NCBI GenBank assembly: GCA_051294905.1
Contig: CM119386.1
Coordinates: 9,920,001 to 9,984,000, forward strand
Reading direction: 5' to 3'
Length of the DNA: 64,000 bases
Source: Botryllus schlosseri
Lineage: Eukaryota
The position numbers and the translations under genes are program-made. Under the pieces are notes generated by a model, which saw nothing but the letters and a program-made list of their open reading frames with translations, had not been told where the DNA came from and did not search any database. How positions within the stretch are numbered: the stretch's first letter is position 1; every line of letters starts with the position of its first letter. Below, one piece after another: positions 12,601 to 24,689 of the stretch.

Positions 12601-15600
12601 AAACCGATCTATAGTGTAACGGGATTCAATGTCAGACGACTAATGAGTTTATTACATGTATACTTTTAGATCCTCGGTATAGCGATCGTTCTACTGATAT
12701 AATAAGAAAGTTATCCGAAAGCACCGCCAACATAAAGGAGTACGATTTCCTCCAGCTAGGAAGAGCGGTCAATATGATAAATACTAGAGGCAGGATTGAA
12801 GTATACTTTGTGATCGATTTATCCGAAAGCATGAAAGACAAACATATACAAAATCTGATCGATTTTTCAAAGGCTCTGATTAAGAGGGTGAGTCATCAAC
12901 AATTATCAACTGTGTTCATCGTTCGCATTGAGTGTTGCTTGCACTACATGATATCTGTAATAGCCTGTGACGTAATCACTAAAGTTCGAAACCTTACATT
13001 GTAATGGCATCACACTGAGCAACACGGTGGGAATACCAAGGCGCACTGAAACAAATCTATTACTGCACGAACCAAAGCACGTGAATTGAAAACGTTTACT
13101 ATTTACGTTCACAATATGGCGCAGTTCAGACATATCTATATATGTCAGCAGACGGGTTGGTATGCCCAATGCCAGTGACTTGAATACAGGTTTGCGATGC
13201 TTCAGGAAACTGAATGATCCACACTTTTCCCTATAGGAACCGGCAATATTTTCAGTCACCGTTTATGTTACGTTCACAACGTTTTCTTGAAACATCCTAT
13301 GCGAAAGTGGCGACAGACAGACAGACATTGCTTCATTGATCATTTGCTACCATCGTATAATTTTTCTTCTATTTTCCTTTTTTAACAAAACATTTTTACA
13401 GCCAGACTGTTCAGAGTCAAGTGTACCTGTTAGATGCTGATGTGATCAGACTAGATGACCTTCACGGTCTTATCGATCATTCCCATCTAATACCGAATAG
13501 GCCTATACTGTACAGCAGGGGCGGGCAACTTCTCGAGTCGGCGGGCCGGATATAGGAAAATTAAGTACTTGGCGGGCCGGATTGCTGAATCGATACAATA
13601 TTCGCCCATTTATCCACATTCCACATATACAAGGAATAAATCGCATTTAATGAATACATTTTAACGACAGTAATGTCACTTCAAAGCCATTTCTCGCCGA
13701 TAATGACGAAGACAATGTGGATTTGAGAATAGCATTGTCATACAGGCGCCGCCATGTCTGCTTCTATCTGATCAATCAACACACGGTACAATCCTCAATT
13801 AAGATTTCAAGGAGTTCGATAACCCCGGTACCCCTAATTTACCAACACATATATTCGTTAGGGTTGAGTAGGTGACGAGATAGCATCGTTGTTCAATTGT
13901 GTGGCCTGAGAAATCTCGATAATGAATTCATGCGGTCCGCGACCTCTACGAAATTTGAAAAGTGACCCGCGACCCGTTTTGAGTTGGCGACCCCTGGTAT
14001 AAGCAGTGTTTTCGTCTTACAAAAGCCTAGAAGTGTGCCGTGCTACAAGTCGGCGGTTACAGAATGAAAAATAAGAAATATCAGCCTGGTGTAATTGACC
14101 ATTGTAGTCGACAAACACCATGATTACCACAAACGACATTAGGGTTGAGTACGTCGCAAATGCCGATAATGCAAGTCTTCTCGCTTCGACGAAATTACGC
14201 GTAAGCTCCACTCTAGCACGCTGCGCATATACGTATATAATAACATGCACTATGCAGTCACTAAAATTTGACGTAAGCAAGTAGTGGGAAATCTCGGCAG
14301 ACTAGGGCCGCGGGCCACATTATCACGTAAAACGGAAAACTGTCCGCGGGCCGGACAAAATCCCTTCGCGGGCCGGATCCGGCCCGCGGGCCGTATGTTG
14401 CCCACCCCTGCTGTACAGTGTACAATACATGCATGCATATTTTCTGTACCACCATCACTGCCGTTTGTTATGTATTTTGATTGGATGAAAAATAAAGACT
14501 CTCTCTCTCTCTCTATGATTGCTATTTATTAAATCAGTATCATCTGTTTTATACGATTGCAAACCGTATTTATAGTGGCCATTTCGTCATCGCAGACGAA
14601 CAACGAGCAGACTCACAGACGAACGCTAGTGAACAATGAACTGAACATGCATTACTAATTTTATTATTCCTGTGCTTATCATCAGGAAATTGTCAATTCC
14701 ATTTCTCCAGATTAGCCGAAACGATACGGGCAATCGGTTGAGATTTGGGATCGTCGTATTCGCTACAAAGCCGTCGACTAAGTTGAATATTATGGATGAA
14801 CCACCCGCCACTCCCAAAAAAGTAATTGACATACTGGATGAAATAGTACTCGATTACAGTAAGTGAACAAATTGTTGGAGTATATTCCACGTAGGTGAGT
14901 TGATTGGCAAACCATGAGAAGGTATATGGTCTATAGTCCATCTTTATACAATATTATAGACCATATCAGTGGTTGTCAACCGCCGGTCCGTGTGGCAAAT
15001 GCCATGCCCGTCTGCAGAATATATTATAATTTTATAACTCAATTCCAAATGGTCTCCCTGTAATTAAAGAAATATATCATCAAATTTTAAATCGATTTAG
15101 TTGTTTGGAACGTATGTTGCACTATGGTGTCATAATAGGTTAAATAGACAGTTGATACTCCGCTTTGGGTGTACGTTACAACGATGCAAGTGCTGTACGA
15201 AACTGTTTAAAAGTAGCGTCGAATTCGTTGCGGACAAGTTATATCTGGAAGCTACTGAGACTCTTAAACAAACTTCGTTTTGCGCTGCAGAAGCTCCAAT
15301 AGTTCCACGTATGAATATCTAATATCAGAAAAGAAGCATTAAACGAAGTTTACGATATTACATATCAGTTGAAAGCAAACAGAGACGATGATATCAATTT
15401 TGCACTTTTCATCAGTAGACGATTTTATAAAAATGTTGTTCAAGAAAGATATTATCTTTGGGAATGGTACCGTATCGGTAATGTATCAACACCCGAATCG
15501 TGTTTTAACAAGGGAACATCCGGAAAAAAAACGGAGGAGGAACTGATATCTACAGGGCTCTAGACTATCTTTATAAAGAACACATGACAGATTCGTACAA

Positions 15601-16925
15601 AATTCATCCCCAGGACAACGTCAAAAGACATATTTTCGTCCTAACTGATGGTGAGACGTTTTCTATGTCTTGATATTATAACATATTCTTTATACCGCAT
15701 ACCATGATGTCAAATCGTCGGCACACAACAAAACCGTTTAATACGAAATATATGACCCACAATCTTTGGATTTAATCATTTTAGGTCTATAACTAGTTAT
15801 TTTGTGTCATCTCAAAACCTTCTCTCAAACACAGGCGCCAACAATGCGGGTCCGAGGCCGGTCAATGCGAAGTTCATGATCGAGCTTGAATTTTTTGAGA
15901 CAGCCATTCCAGAGGTAATATTAACATTTTTCATGAGTCAACGTTTTGATGGGTGTGACATTATAAAGAATGCGACGCCTCCATGCAACTATCCATTCGT
16001 TTCGATAGTCGTGCAATTACTCAGATAGACGTAATAAAAGCATTCCTATAAATTAGGGTTTCCATACGTCCTCTTTTAAGAGGATTTGTCCTCTTTTTTG
16101 ACTTTTTTGAATGTGTCCTCGGTGGACACCCGAATATCCTCTTTTTTGAGAACTTGTCCTCTTTTTTGAAGATTTTGGTTAAATATAGGTGAAAATTCGA
16201 CTAATACATAGGAAATCAGTACTGAGGTAACGTTCCGGCGGATATTTCGGGAGTCGAGCCGGAAAGTGGACCTTTTTTTAGTCGCCATAAGGAAAAATTT
16301 ATAGAAAACCGTAAATTCTGGCTGTGAGCCGGAAATATGACCTTTTTAAATTTTATTTTGTTTTTATTTTTAGTCAACCGACCACAAAGTCGTGACAAAT
16401 TTACCATTTTTTCCGGTCTTAACTACAGTATTGTGTCTCTGAAAATTTTGAAAAAGTGTCCTCTTTTCAGATTTCCAAAATATGGTAACCCTACTATAAA
16501 TAGCACGAGATTTTTTGACCAAACACCACGATGGTGTGCGGACTACAGGCAATACGTCATAGCCGCGGAGTTGAAATCTTGAGACACCCATCCGTAATGC
16601 GGATATTGAAGATATGCACAATTGCACATCAAATCTATTTTTCTTGGTATCGCAGTCTTCTGATATTTTGAAATAATGAAATTATTAATAAAACCGATAC
16701 TATAACGTTTAAGGACATATACTACGACCAGTTTTACAGCATAACCTCGTCCGCACAAACCAAAGACCCCGAGGCTCGACAAAAGTTAGAGGAGATAGCT
16801 TCAAAGAATGAAAACTTCGTGTATGTCGATGACTTCTACAAGCTGCATAAATATATCGACCAGGTTACGGATGTGAAGGAAGGTATATCTATTTCGGGTC
16901 ATTGCTGAGCGTTCATATATGATAC

Positions 16926-16959
<34 letters not shown>

Positions 16960-19900
16960 GAAAAACGAAAGAACAACAATCGCAGTAAGAAAGACCAAAA
17001 GTTGAATGAACCTGTGGCATAAAATTGAATAAACGATTGACATAATACTAAAATAAAGAAACTAGAAAAGTGAGGGAAAATATATAAATAGAGACAAGAT
17101 CATCTGATGACCAACCCGCTACATCTGCGCAGCAGGAGAATAGGGTCAGATGTTTTAGCGGGAGCGGGAGCGCATTGTTAGGACTTAGTCGCTCTTCCCC
17201 AGGAGGTTGTCCTCGACCTAGACCTAGGACCTAGGCGATATAAATTTAAAAAGAAGTGACCAAAAGTGCCATGCCGAAACTTTTTCAACGTAAGCAAATT
17301 TAAATAGAGGTCGGTTGTTGCTTTTTCTGAACTAAACCGCATACTTTCTATTACGTAATAGACGACCCAATGCAGATTTGACTGTAATCGACACGCGTTG
17401 TAGTAGATGTAGTATTTCTTAGATTCAGTCCACATGAATACTTTGCGGTTCACTAAACCTTTGCACATAAGAAATAATCATTTCTAACGAGATCGTGAAA
17501 TTGTTTACACGAAATATCATTGAAAATATATGATGATCGAAATTGATCCAACTAATGCTGTCTCTTTCTTTGCATCATTGTGGTTGCATCAAAGAAAAGT
17601 GCGCACAACATTGGCATTATGGGCCATAGGCCTGCTGCTAAAGTAAAATAGCGCGATGCACTGTATGTTCACTAAACATTTCTTCGGTTCTGCAATGCTG
17701 GATATATTCTGACCATTTTTCATGTGCCAGCATTTTAGAAAATGCAGTTGCATCAGTTAGGCTACATGTCGCCTTTGCACAAATTTGCACAACCCTTGGT
17801 ACTGGGCGAACAATTCAGCATCGCTGATGTCAATGTTTCTTCTCTCCCAGATAATTTACAAATGGCAAACGTTAGCCCACTCGCTGGTGTTAGACAGAAG
17901 CATCCAATCAGGAAATTTGAATTCAGCAAATGAATTGGTACATTCATTCATCATTAAGTAGTCTCTACGGAACACAATGATCGTACAATGAGGATGCATC
18001 TGACATCAACAAATCCCATTGCTATTTGTTGGAAAACCGTTTCTAAACCAGTGATTCAGCATTTTCCATGGCTACATCATGACGGAAAATACAACGTCTC
18101 GCCTAAAAGTCTTGTGAATACTATAAGCAACTAACTCGAAATGAAAAAAAGAGAACACTTGGTCATTTGTGATCGTCCTCGAAAGACCATACAATTTTCT
18201 TGAGATAAGAGGACAAGTCCTCCTATAAGACGACATATGATAGGCTTATATCCCATCCTCTTTGCTAAATTTAGGGTATGAACTAGTCTCGAGATGTAGC
18301 TTATATTTCAAACCGTAACATCTTATCAATAGAACTTATAAAAGAAATGACTGTTAAGATTATGACACTTGCGGAAAAGATGGGGAAAAGGGAAGTATCA
18401 AGCAGGAAGCTTTGTTGGGTAAAGTGCTTGCCGGGCGCACTTTAGACAGAGCGTGGCCTTGGCAAGCTTTGATATCAAGACTCGGAGAAACAGTTGACAA
18501 TGTTTGTATCGGCGTATCGCCATTTTGTTGTAATTGGGCTACTGCCTTTTTCAAATTGTGATATTGCCACAGACGTTTAGTGACGATAACCTGAAGGGTG
18601 GTGGAAGTTTAATAAACAACAAATGGGTGTTGACTGCAGCTCACCTGTTCGCCAAGGAGGTTGGCGTGGATTGGGAACACACTATTGCAGTATCTTTGGG
18701 TGAGACGTTTTCTCACATTTATTGGATAACTTCATTTGTGCCGATGATTAGTTACATCTAAACGATACTTCTGCGACGTTAACTATGCATCGCGCGTCCA
18801 TCATGGAATATGTATGGACAATTGGACATTGGATATGCGTGTCTTTATATTTTCTAAGGTACCTGAAGTACTATAGACTATAATTCATATATAACTCACA
18901 ATATATATCTATATATATATATGAATTGTCATTGGATATTCATGAAAGATCCCATGTGTAGCCTACGCAACATTTAAGTCACTTTGAAGTAAATGTACTT
19001 TTCCTGCAAACTGCAAATTGTGTCATTTGGGTAGACTTCCGTCAATATATTAGGCTACAACAACGAGGATCGCATCCCTTTCTGACGCATCAGCGAATTC
19101 GCAGACATAGTGGAGCACTGCTAAATCATTTTTTTTAATTTCTTTCATTTTAATAATAGTTAAGCCTACTATTAGCCAGAGGTGGTCAAAGTAGCCAAGA
19201 AAGCTACTCAAGTAGAAGTAGAAGTAGTGACGGAAAATATATTCAAGTACGAGTAGAAGTGCTTTTTCCATAAGCAACCTGAAACTACTTGAAGTAGAAG
19301 TAGAATTGATTGACTTCAAATCTACTCAAGTAAGTAAGTAGTTTTGAAAACAGTCTTAATTCGTTCGCTTGGGCTGTCAAGAGCTGCAAATTGAGCTATG
19401 CTGATAGTACGGAGAGCTTGATGCATCCCAGGAGGTATCAATTTTCGACAGAATAAGCATTCTTTCTCATCATGAGATGCAAATTATAGTATTGATATGA
19501 AAATGCGATACTAACCCTTTGCTTACTAGAAGACCCCGTTTTAAAGAATATCATGGTATGGTGCCCTATACCCCATATTATAAGGCTCCAAATGTTTAGG
19601 CGAAGAGCAATACGGAGAAGTTGAATCGGATGCAGTTTCAACACTTTGCGCGTTGATATACGTTAATAACAAATATTGTGGATCGTAAAATTTATATTTG
19701 ATGTAGCTTTATTTTCGGAAAATAGAGGCATTGCTGCACTTTCTTTTATGCTTCAGCATGTATGTTCTGCAGACAAAAGAACTGAAAGTAATTAGAACTA
19801 GGAATTGAAAGCGAAATACAAATACCACTTCCAAATAGCGGAAAATGTATTTCATGTCTTTTGTCCATAAAGCTTCAAAGGTGATCGGCTAAAACAGGTG

Positions 19901-22900
19901 TAACGTTCAAAAATGCCGGATTTTCCGGATTAGCTAGACATGTCATGGGCTGCTAGATTACGATATGATATGCAATTGCTAGATTGCGAAAAGGTATAGT
20001 TTCAAACGTTATGGAGGGCCATATTTACTGTGATGAAATATTTGATATGGGTGACAATGCGGTATGAGCGGAACCAAGCAATCCGGTACCTAAATTATAT
20101 ATACTGATACTTTCGTGAAACCATATTTGTCACTCCATAACTACTGTGCGCAAAGCGGAACAAAATTTATGGGCGTTTCTTGACTTTTATGAATATTAAA
20201 TGCTGGTACTCCGTGAAAACAGCCCCGAAATTCCTCAGGCTATGTTTCGTATTGGGGGATTAAATTACTTCTACTTGACAAACTGAAAATAGCGAAAAGT
20301 AAGTAAGTAGATCACAAAATATTACGAAGTAGAAGTAGAAGTAGAGAAAATCAGATATTACTTGAATAAGTACCAGAAGTAGAGGAAAACTGCTTGAGTA
20401 CTTCCAAAAAGTAGAAGTACTTCGTTACTGACCACCACGGCTATTAGCCCATGGATTTTTCAGAGTATAAATATCCGCTACCTAATGGAAATCATCCTCC
20501 CGAGAACAGGTTATTATTTAATTACTATTCCTGTCCCATGAGTCCCAGACGGAAACATAAACCGTTTCTCAGTTGAATTCAACTCAATATTTGTTCAAAG
20601 GTATTTTTCGCAGGCCTAGGTACGGCGACGGATTGGACGGATCTGTGAGAATATTTCGTCCAGAAAAGATTGTATCTCACGAACTTTATGAGCGTGATGA
20701 TGAAGGCAAGCTGATGGTTCGCTCCTTTAGACACGATATCGCCTTGGTAAGTTGTTTCCTCCACAAAAATGAAATTTGTGAAATTTAATGAAAGTGGTAG
20801 CGACTGGCGAATTTTCACTTCCTCTGTCTGGCTCCTCCGATGGGCAAAAGCTTCAATAAAGTCTGTGCAGCAGTTCTTGTATCGTGGAGGCGGTCTTTTA
20901 AACTTCCTCGATCTTGCTGTCAATGAGCCGTTTCAATCTCGACGTTTGCGGGTAATATATAGAGGCACTTTCATAACAGATAAAACTCGGTGGGGAATAC
21001 GTCATCGACGGAGATTATATTTTTGAACCCCAATTCAAACCAGGAGACGTCGGCTATCGAGGATTCGTTGACTTCACTCCTTACGTGAAACCCGTTTGTC
21101 TACCTTGCAGCAATAGTAGTTGCGTTCACGAAATATTGAGAAAGGAAGATAGCAACGGCGATATCATGATAACCGGAAATGAAACCCCCGAAAGACAATG
21201 CGAAATCGAGCGTAAGTTTGTGAACGTCGAGAGCGCACTGGACGGAGTACCATCTTTTCCCATAGATAAGCGGATAGCGCATTGATTCAAACCAATATTG
21301 TGTTACGGATATCATAATAAGATCCGAGTCCAGACGCAGAATCACGCACTCCTCCATAGGTCCGATACTGACTCAAAATGCATTCGAAATTGGCAGGAAA
21401 GTTGAATATTATGTGAAAATCCGTGTCCAATTGTAGTCTCGCAAAAAAACGCGTATTCAAGCCTGGTCAAAATCTTCAAATCCAATTCCCTATTATTATT
21501 ACGGAGCGTCATACAATACTCAGCGAGTTCTCGGGGCACCCGAAAAGACAGTGTACTAGATGAAACTGTAACTCGGATACCATATATTGCATGGTATCCG
21601 AGGTACAGTTTCATCTAGGATGGTCGTAAATAACACCCGTTTACATGTAGTACATAACACCCTTTATCGACTGTAGGCCTACTCCTTGCCATATAAGGAT
21701 AAAGTGTAGGCAGATGGATCGACTGGATTGGATAACTTAATTTTATGTAATGTATTCGTATTATTGGCCCGTGACCCGTTACCAATTTCAGATAACTACT
21801 TATTGGGTCTTGAAAACGACGGTGAAACGCCTGTTATTGCCTCGGGGTTCGGACACAACCAAACGCGTGGACGCAACGACAGAATTAAGCCAAGTACAAC
21901 GCTACAGTTGGGCGCCTTGAAAATTGAAAAAAGAGAACAGTAAGATCACCATGATTCCGTACAGCTCACATATTTTAGTATCCTATATAGCAGTTCTTCC
22001 TTTATCATCTTCAAGTCTACTACATGCACTATAACAAAAGAAAAAAATGAAAATCTAATATAAATTAAGTATAGCCAAAACAGCAATTGTCATGCCATTG
22101 CTGTTGCCCTTCCCCCCAACATATCATTGTGAATATGGGTTTTCAATAATGTTATTTCGGAAGACACTAAGCTATGCAATGTCCTATTGTTATTCAATAT
22201 ACCATGTGGCTGGCTCTTTTCAGCATCACCAAACCAAGAATTGCCGGAGCAAAAGCAAGCTCAGCCATGGCATTAACTGAATATATCATAAATATTTTAT
22301 CATGTTTTGTGCGTTGTTTTTATATCAGTTTATCATTTTAACTCTAGTGATTGCTGTATAAACCAGTTTCTATTAATTAAAAATAACATTTCCTAATTTT
22401 TTCACACATCCGGAAAAATAGGGGGCATTGATTTTTCAATATTTTCGAATAAGCCCACGATGTAAAAACGTTGGCGACCCCTGCAAATATAGCTTAGCGC
22501 ACATTGCCTGGCACAAATATTTAATAGGATCTATCTTCCTATATACAACTCGAAGGTCAGGGTTTAGTTGCAGGGTGGCGGTCGACCTCATCAATGGTCA
22601 AATGAAACGGACGCGCCGTGTGTTTTCGAAAGAGATGCTATGCGCCACCGGTATACCGGACAGGAACAGTGGGAAAATGCCAGATACATGCCAGGGCGAC
22701 AGCGGAGGTCCGGTGGTTAGAGAGGTAACAATATTCTTAAAATTGCAAACCCAACAGTAGTGCGCTATATCAGCGATCCGCCCAAAGTGATGTAGCCGTT
22801 TTTCTGGGTAACTTGCTGCTTTTGTAACAATTCCAAAGAATGATAGGCAAAATAACATAATCTTTTTAAAACTGCATCCAAGAGGTGAACATTGTCAGGG

Positions 22901-23490
22901 ATATCTATACTGTCCAGTCCATGGATACCTCAGCTCGTACGGTCTTCACCGCCGAGATTTCAGTTAGCCATGACCTACGGTAGCATATTATCTATGGAAT
23001 TGATGGCGTCGCAAATGCTACTTTTATAATAATAATATTAAACCAGCTTGACTCGTCCGCAGTTGTAGTATTCCTAGCGGCGCAAACGTGAAGAAACATA
23101 CCACTTTGCTATTTGGTCCACAAGCGACGAGACGGTCTGACTCCAGCTCAGTTGAATTGAATGTGCCTGAATTATTAAGTCACAGCAATGAAGACAATAC
23201 ACGATTTGGTCAACATATACGCATCTTTACCTGTTGGCATAAAGAGCATATTTCAATATTTTATGACATTGCATGAGTTAAGGTCAAATGTCATGCTACC
23301 ACCTTTAATGTTTTAGGTGCATGATCAGTACAAAAAGAAAAATTGCTTTGTTCAAGTCGGAATTGTGAGCTGGGGATATGGCTGCGGACTTCACACCCAC
23401 CATCAGTTCCGAAAGTTTTATTACCCAGGGTTTTATAGTGACGTCACTTCAATGATATCGTGGATCAACAACGTCACGACGAGTGATTGA
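412..23490 (+). CDS. CFB: Complement factor B/C2-like protease (CCP-WAP-like-CCP-CCP-CCP-vWA-trypsin domain); spliced, 5' end lies outside the window
   Basis: Exons with GT-AG ends and compatible phases: 412-642, 2936-3076, 3146-3322, 3386-3583, 9059-9253, 12670-12887, 14711-14858, 15513-15650, 15835-15914, 16714-16882, 18359-18501, 18573-18699, 20601-20746, 20980-21211, 21792-21939, 22568-22724, 23317-23490 (TGA). Motifs: four C-C-C-W-C sushi modules; DPRYSD linker; MIDAS DLSES/GTD/TDG; TAAH, HDIAL, GDSGGP; VSWG. The CCP-vWA-SP order is diagnostic of the Bf/C2 family; the symbol denotes the family, not 1:1 orthology. Confidence 0.9.
872..2861. mobile_element. Non-autonomous hAT-type DNA transposon in a Bf-like intron
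   Basis: TIR CAGTGGTTCTTAACC at both ends; 8-bp TSD TTGTAGAC (864-871, 2862-2869). Confidence 0.85.
2936..3076 (+). CDS. CFB: Bf-like exon: WAP/four-disulfide-core-like module
   Basis: TCAQRDEQAIKEYALQCGASCLTSKDCPGSKICWCDGACGRSCLKK with 8 Cys; acceptor atcag, donor gtaaac; phase 1-1, in frame with both neighbours. Not in the supplied ORF track. Confidence 0.8.
3146..3583 (+). CDS. CFB: Bf-like exons: CCP modules 2 and 3 (3146-3322, 3386-3583)
   Basis: SCGDAPSIPHA...YLCDEG...KCSGTGQWEGRSPRCE and VCLDPGPAINS...FACGPG...TCLSDGTWSGVDTVCD; 63-nt intron between them. Confidence 0.9.
4699..5795. mobile_element. Non-autonomous hAT-type element (AGGGTTRCCATA family)
   Basis: TIRs; 8-bp TSD CCCTAGTT (4691-4698, 5796-5803); related copy at 59295-60424. 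Confidence 0.85.
6307..8550. mobile_element. Putative non-autonomous TIR element (CATAGGCRCC ends)
   Basis: CATAGGCACC...GGCGCCTATG termini; flanks share TTAGAC (imperfect TSD). Confidence 0.45.
9059..9253 (+). CDS. CFB: Bf-like exon: CCP module 4, adjacent to vWA
   Basis: RCPHPGVPIGG...FACNKGLVMVG...ECLFNRQWTGNGAPSCV; phase 1-1. Confidence 0.9.
9402..9769 (-). mobile_element. tRNA-derived SINE with a (CCTT)n tail
   Basis: Minus strand: A-box-like TAGTGATGG, B-box GGTTCAATACC followed by CGGCCGGGCCATACCAAAGAC; 3' AATAAA then (CCTT)n. Confidence 0.7.
11558..12098. mobile_element. hAT-type MITE
   Basis: TAGGGCTGGGCA / TGCCCAACCCTA TIRs; TSD CTTACTAC vs CTTACCAC (1 mismatch); internal CTCGA repeats. 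Confidence 0.75.
12670..16882 (+). CDS. CFB: Bf-like exons: linker plus von Willebrand A domain (5 exons)
   Basis: DPRYSD...LGRAVN...VYFVIDLSES; RFGIVVFAT; GGTDIYRAL...HIFVLTDG; ANNAGPRP; EEIASKNENF. Confidence 0.9.
13328..14514 (+). mobile_element. LINE 3'-UTR copy ending AATAAAGA(CT)n, interrupted by a hAT-type insertion
   Basis: Matches the reverse complement of 44778-45060; split at 13515/14411. Confidence 0.8.
13516..14410. mobile_element. hAT (Charlie-like) non-autonomous element nested in the LINE 3' UTR
   Basis: TIR CAGGGGYGGGCAAC at both ends; 8-bp TSD CTGTACAG (13508-13515, 14411-14418). Confidence 0.85.
16056..16493. mobile_element. AGGGTT-CCATA family MITE
   Basis: TAGGGTTTCCATACGTCC...ATATGGTAACCCTA; relatives at ~5933-6112, ~55943-56260 and ~61141-61347. 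Confidence 0.65.
16926..16960. repeat. (GTT)n microsatellite
   Basis: About 11 tandem GTT units. Confidence 0.95.
18359..23490 (+). CDS. CFB: Bf-like exons: trypsin-family serine protease domain (7 exons)
   Basis: TCG...WPWQA; GGGSLINNKWVLTAAHL; HDIALIKL; VKPVCLP; ASGFG; MLCA...DTCQGDSGGP; GIVSWGYGCG...YPGFYSDV...WI. Confidence 0.92.
19177..20440. mobile_element. Non-autonomous hAT-type element with AGTAGAAGTA subterminal repeats
   Basis: CAGAGGTGGTCA...TGACCACCACGG ends; 8-bp TSD CTATTAGC; diverged second copy at 58797-60883. Confidence 0.85.
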
Positions 23491-23576
23491 GATTAGAAGC
23501 AGTATACCTTCTGCTTCATCAGTGTAAACAGAATACTGTAATGCGTAGTTCTGTATGATTATGATTACCCATCAAT

Positions 23577-23582
23577 AATAAA
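23577..23582 (+). promoter_or_regulatory. Candidate polyadenylation signal of the Bf-like gene
   Basis: AATAAA 87 nt downstream of the TGA. Confidence 0.5.
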
Positions 23583-24689
23583 TGGGGTAAAACGGAGTGC
23601 ATATATGTTAGCCAAGATATACTATGATATATGACTTATATATGTAAGTTCCTCGAGGCAAAGAATTTGAATATCACAACAAACAATACCCTCATGTTAG
23701 AGATGAATAGATCATCTTTTTTCGGGATCCGTATACGATCCGGTTCGATAAAGCGTAATCTGGATCCTATCTGGATCCTGTTTCTGTGTGTAATGATAAA
23801 ATCCGGATCCAAATATATCCTGCTTAAGGGTGAGCAATGAGCATGACCAAGCATTTATTGACGAACCGAGTATTACTTTTTCTGAGTTCTCAATAGGTTT
23901 CGCCTACTTGCGCTACTTATACTTAAGTACTAACATTCTGCGTACACGTCTACTCATGTTTTTATCCAAAAGTACTTAGGCTACTTTTACACTTTGGATT
24001 TTATACCGATGGAGTTGCCCATTTGCAGTGCTCACTCATGTGATCATGATTTTAGACTACTTAACAGCTTTCTGTTTTCAAGACGGAATTAGGCCCAGAA
24101 TACTCATATATTTAGGCCTACATACTTGGACATCGGTACTTCTACCCGTAGCCTATTTGAGTAGAAATTGACGAAGTTACTTCTACTGCTACACGAGTAC
24201 CAACGACGACTAATTTGACCAACCACCTAGGGTAGCTGGTACTTTTCAAATTCTACCTTCGGAAGTACATTGAAGTTTGCGATAAGGGTTTCTTTGAAAT
24301 TGTGGTGCACTGCACAAACTAGTAGTAGAGAAATACAAAGTTACTGTCATGCGATGGAAATTTAAAATCCTATCCGGATCCGGCACTAGGTCAAAAATGC
24401 CAATCCGGATCAGTCCTGTTTCGGAGAATCCGAAATCCTGATATAGCCTACATCTCTACTTCATATGCCTACATTTTTTCGCTCCAAGTTTCCTTAGTCT
24501 CATCGAGAGCGACCGTTAGCAAATGCGGAGATCAGATTTCAGAATTTCAAGGATGAAAAATATACTTTGTGGCATAAGAATGGAAGAAAAACAATATGTA
24601 ATTTAAAATACGAGAGTGTTAATCATGTAGTCAGAGGAGACAACGCTAGTAAAATGTCCGGAGACGGAGAGTATAGCCTATATAGAGAG

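Noticed and set aside
16801-17043. Minus-strand ORF with a poly-Asn run
   Set aside because: Produced by the (GTT)n microsatellite and antisense to a Bf exon.
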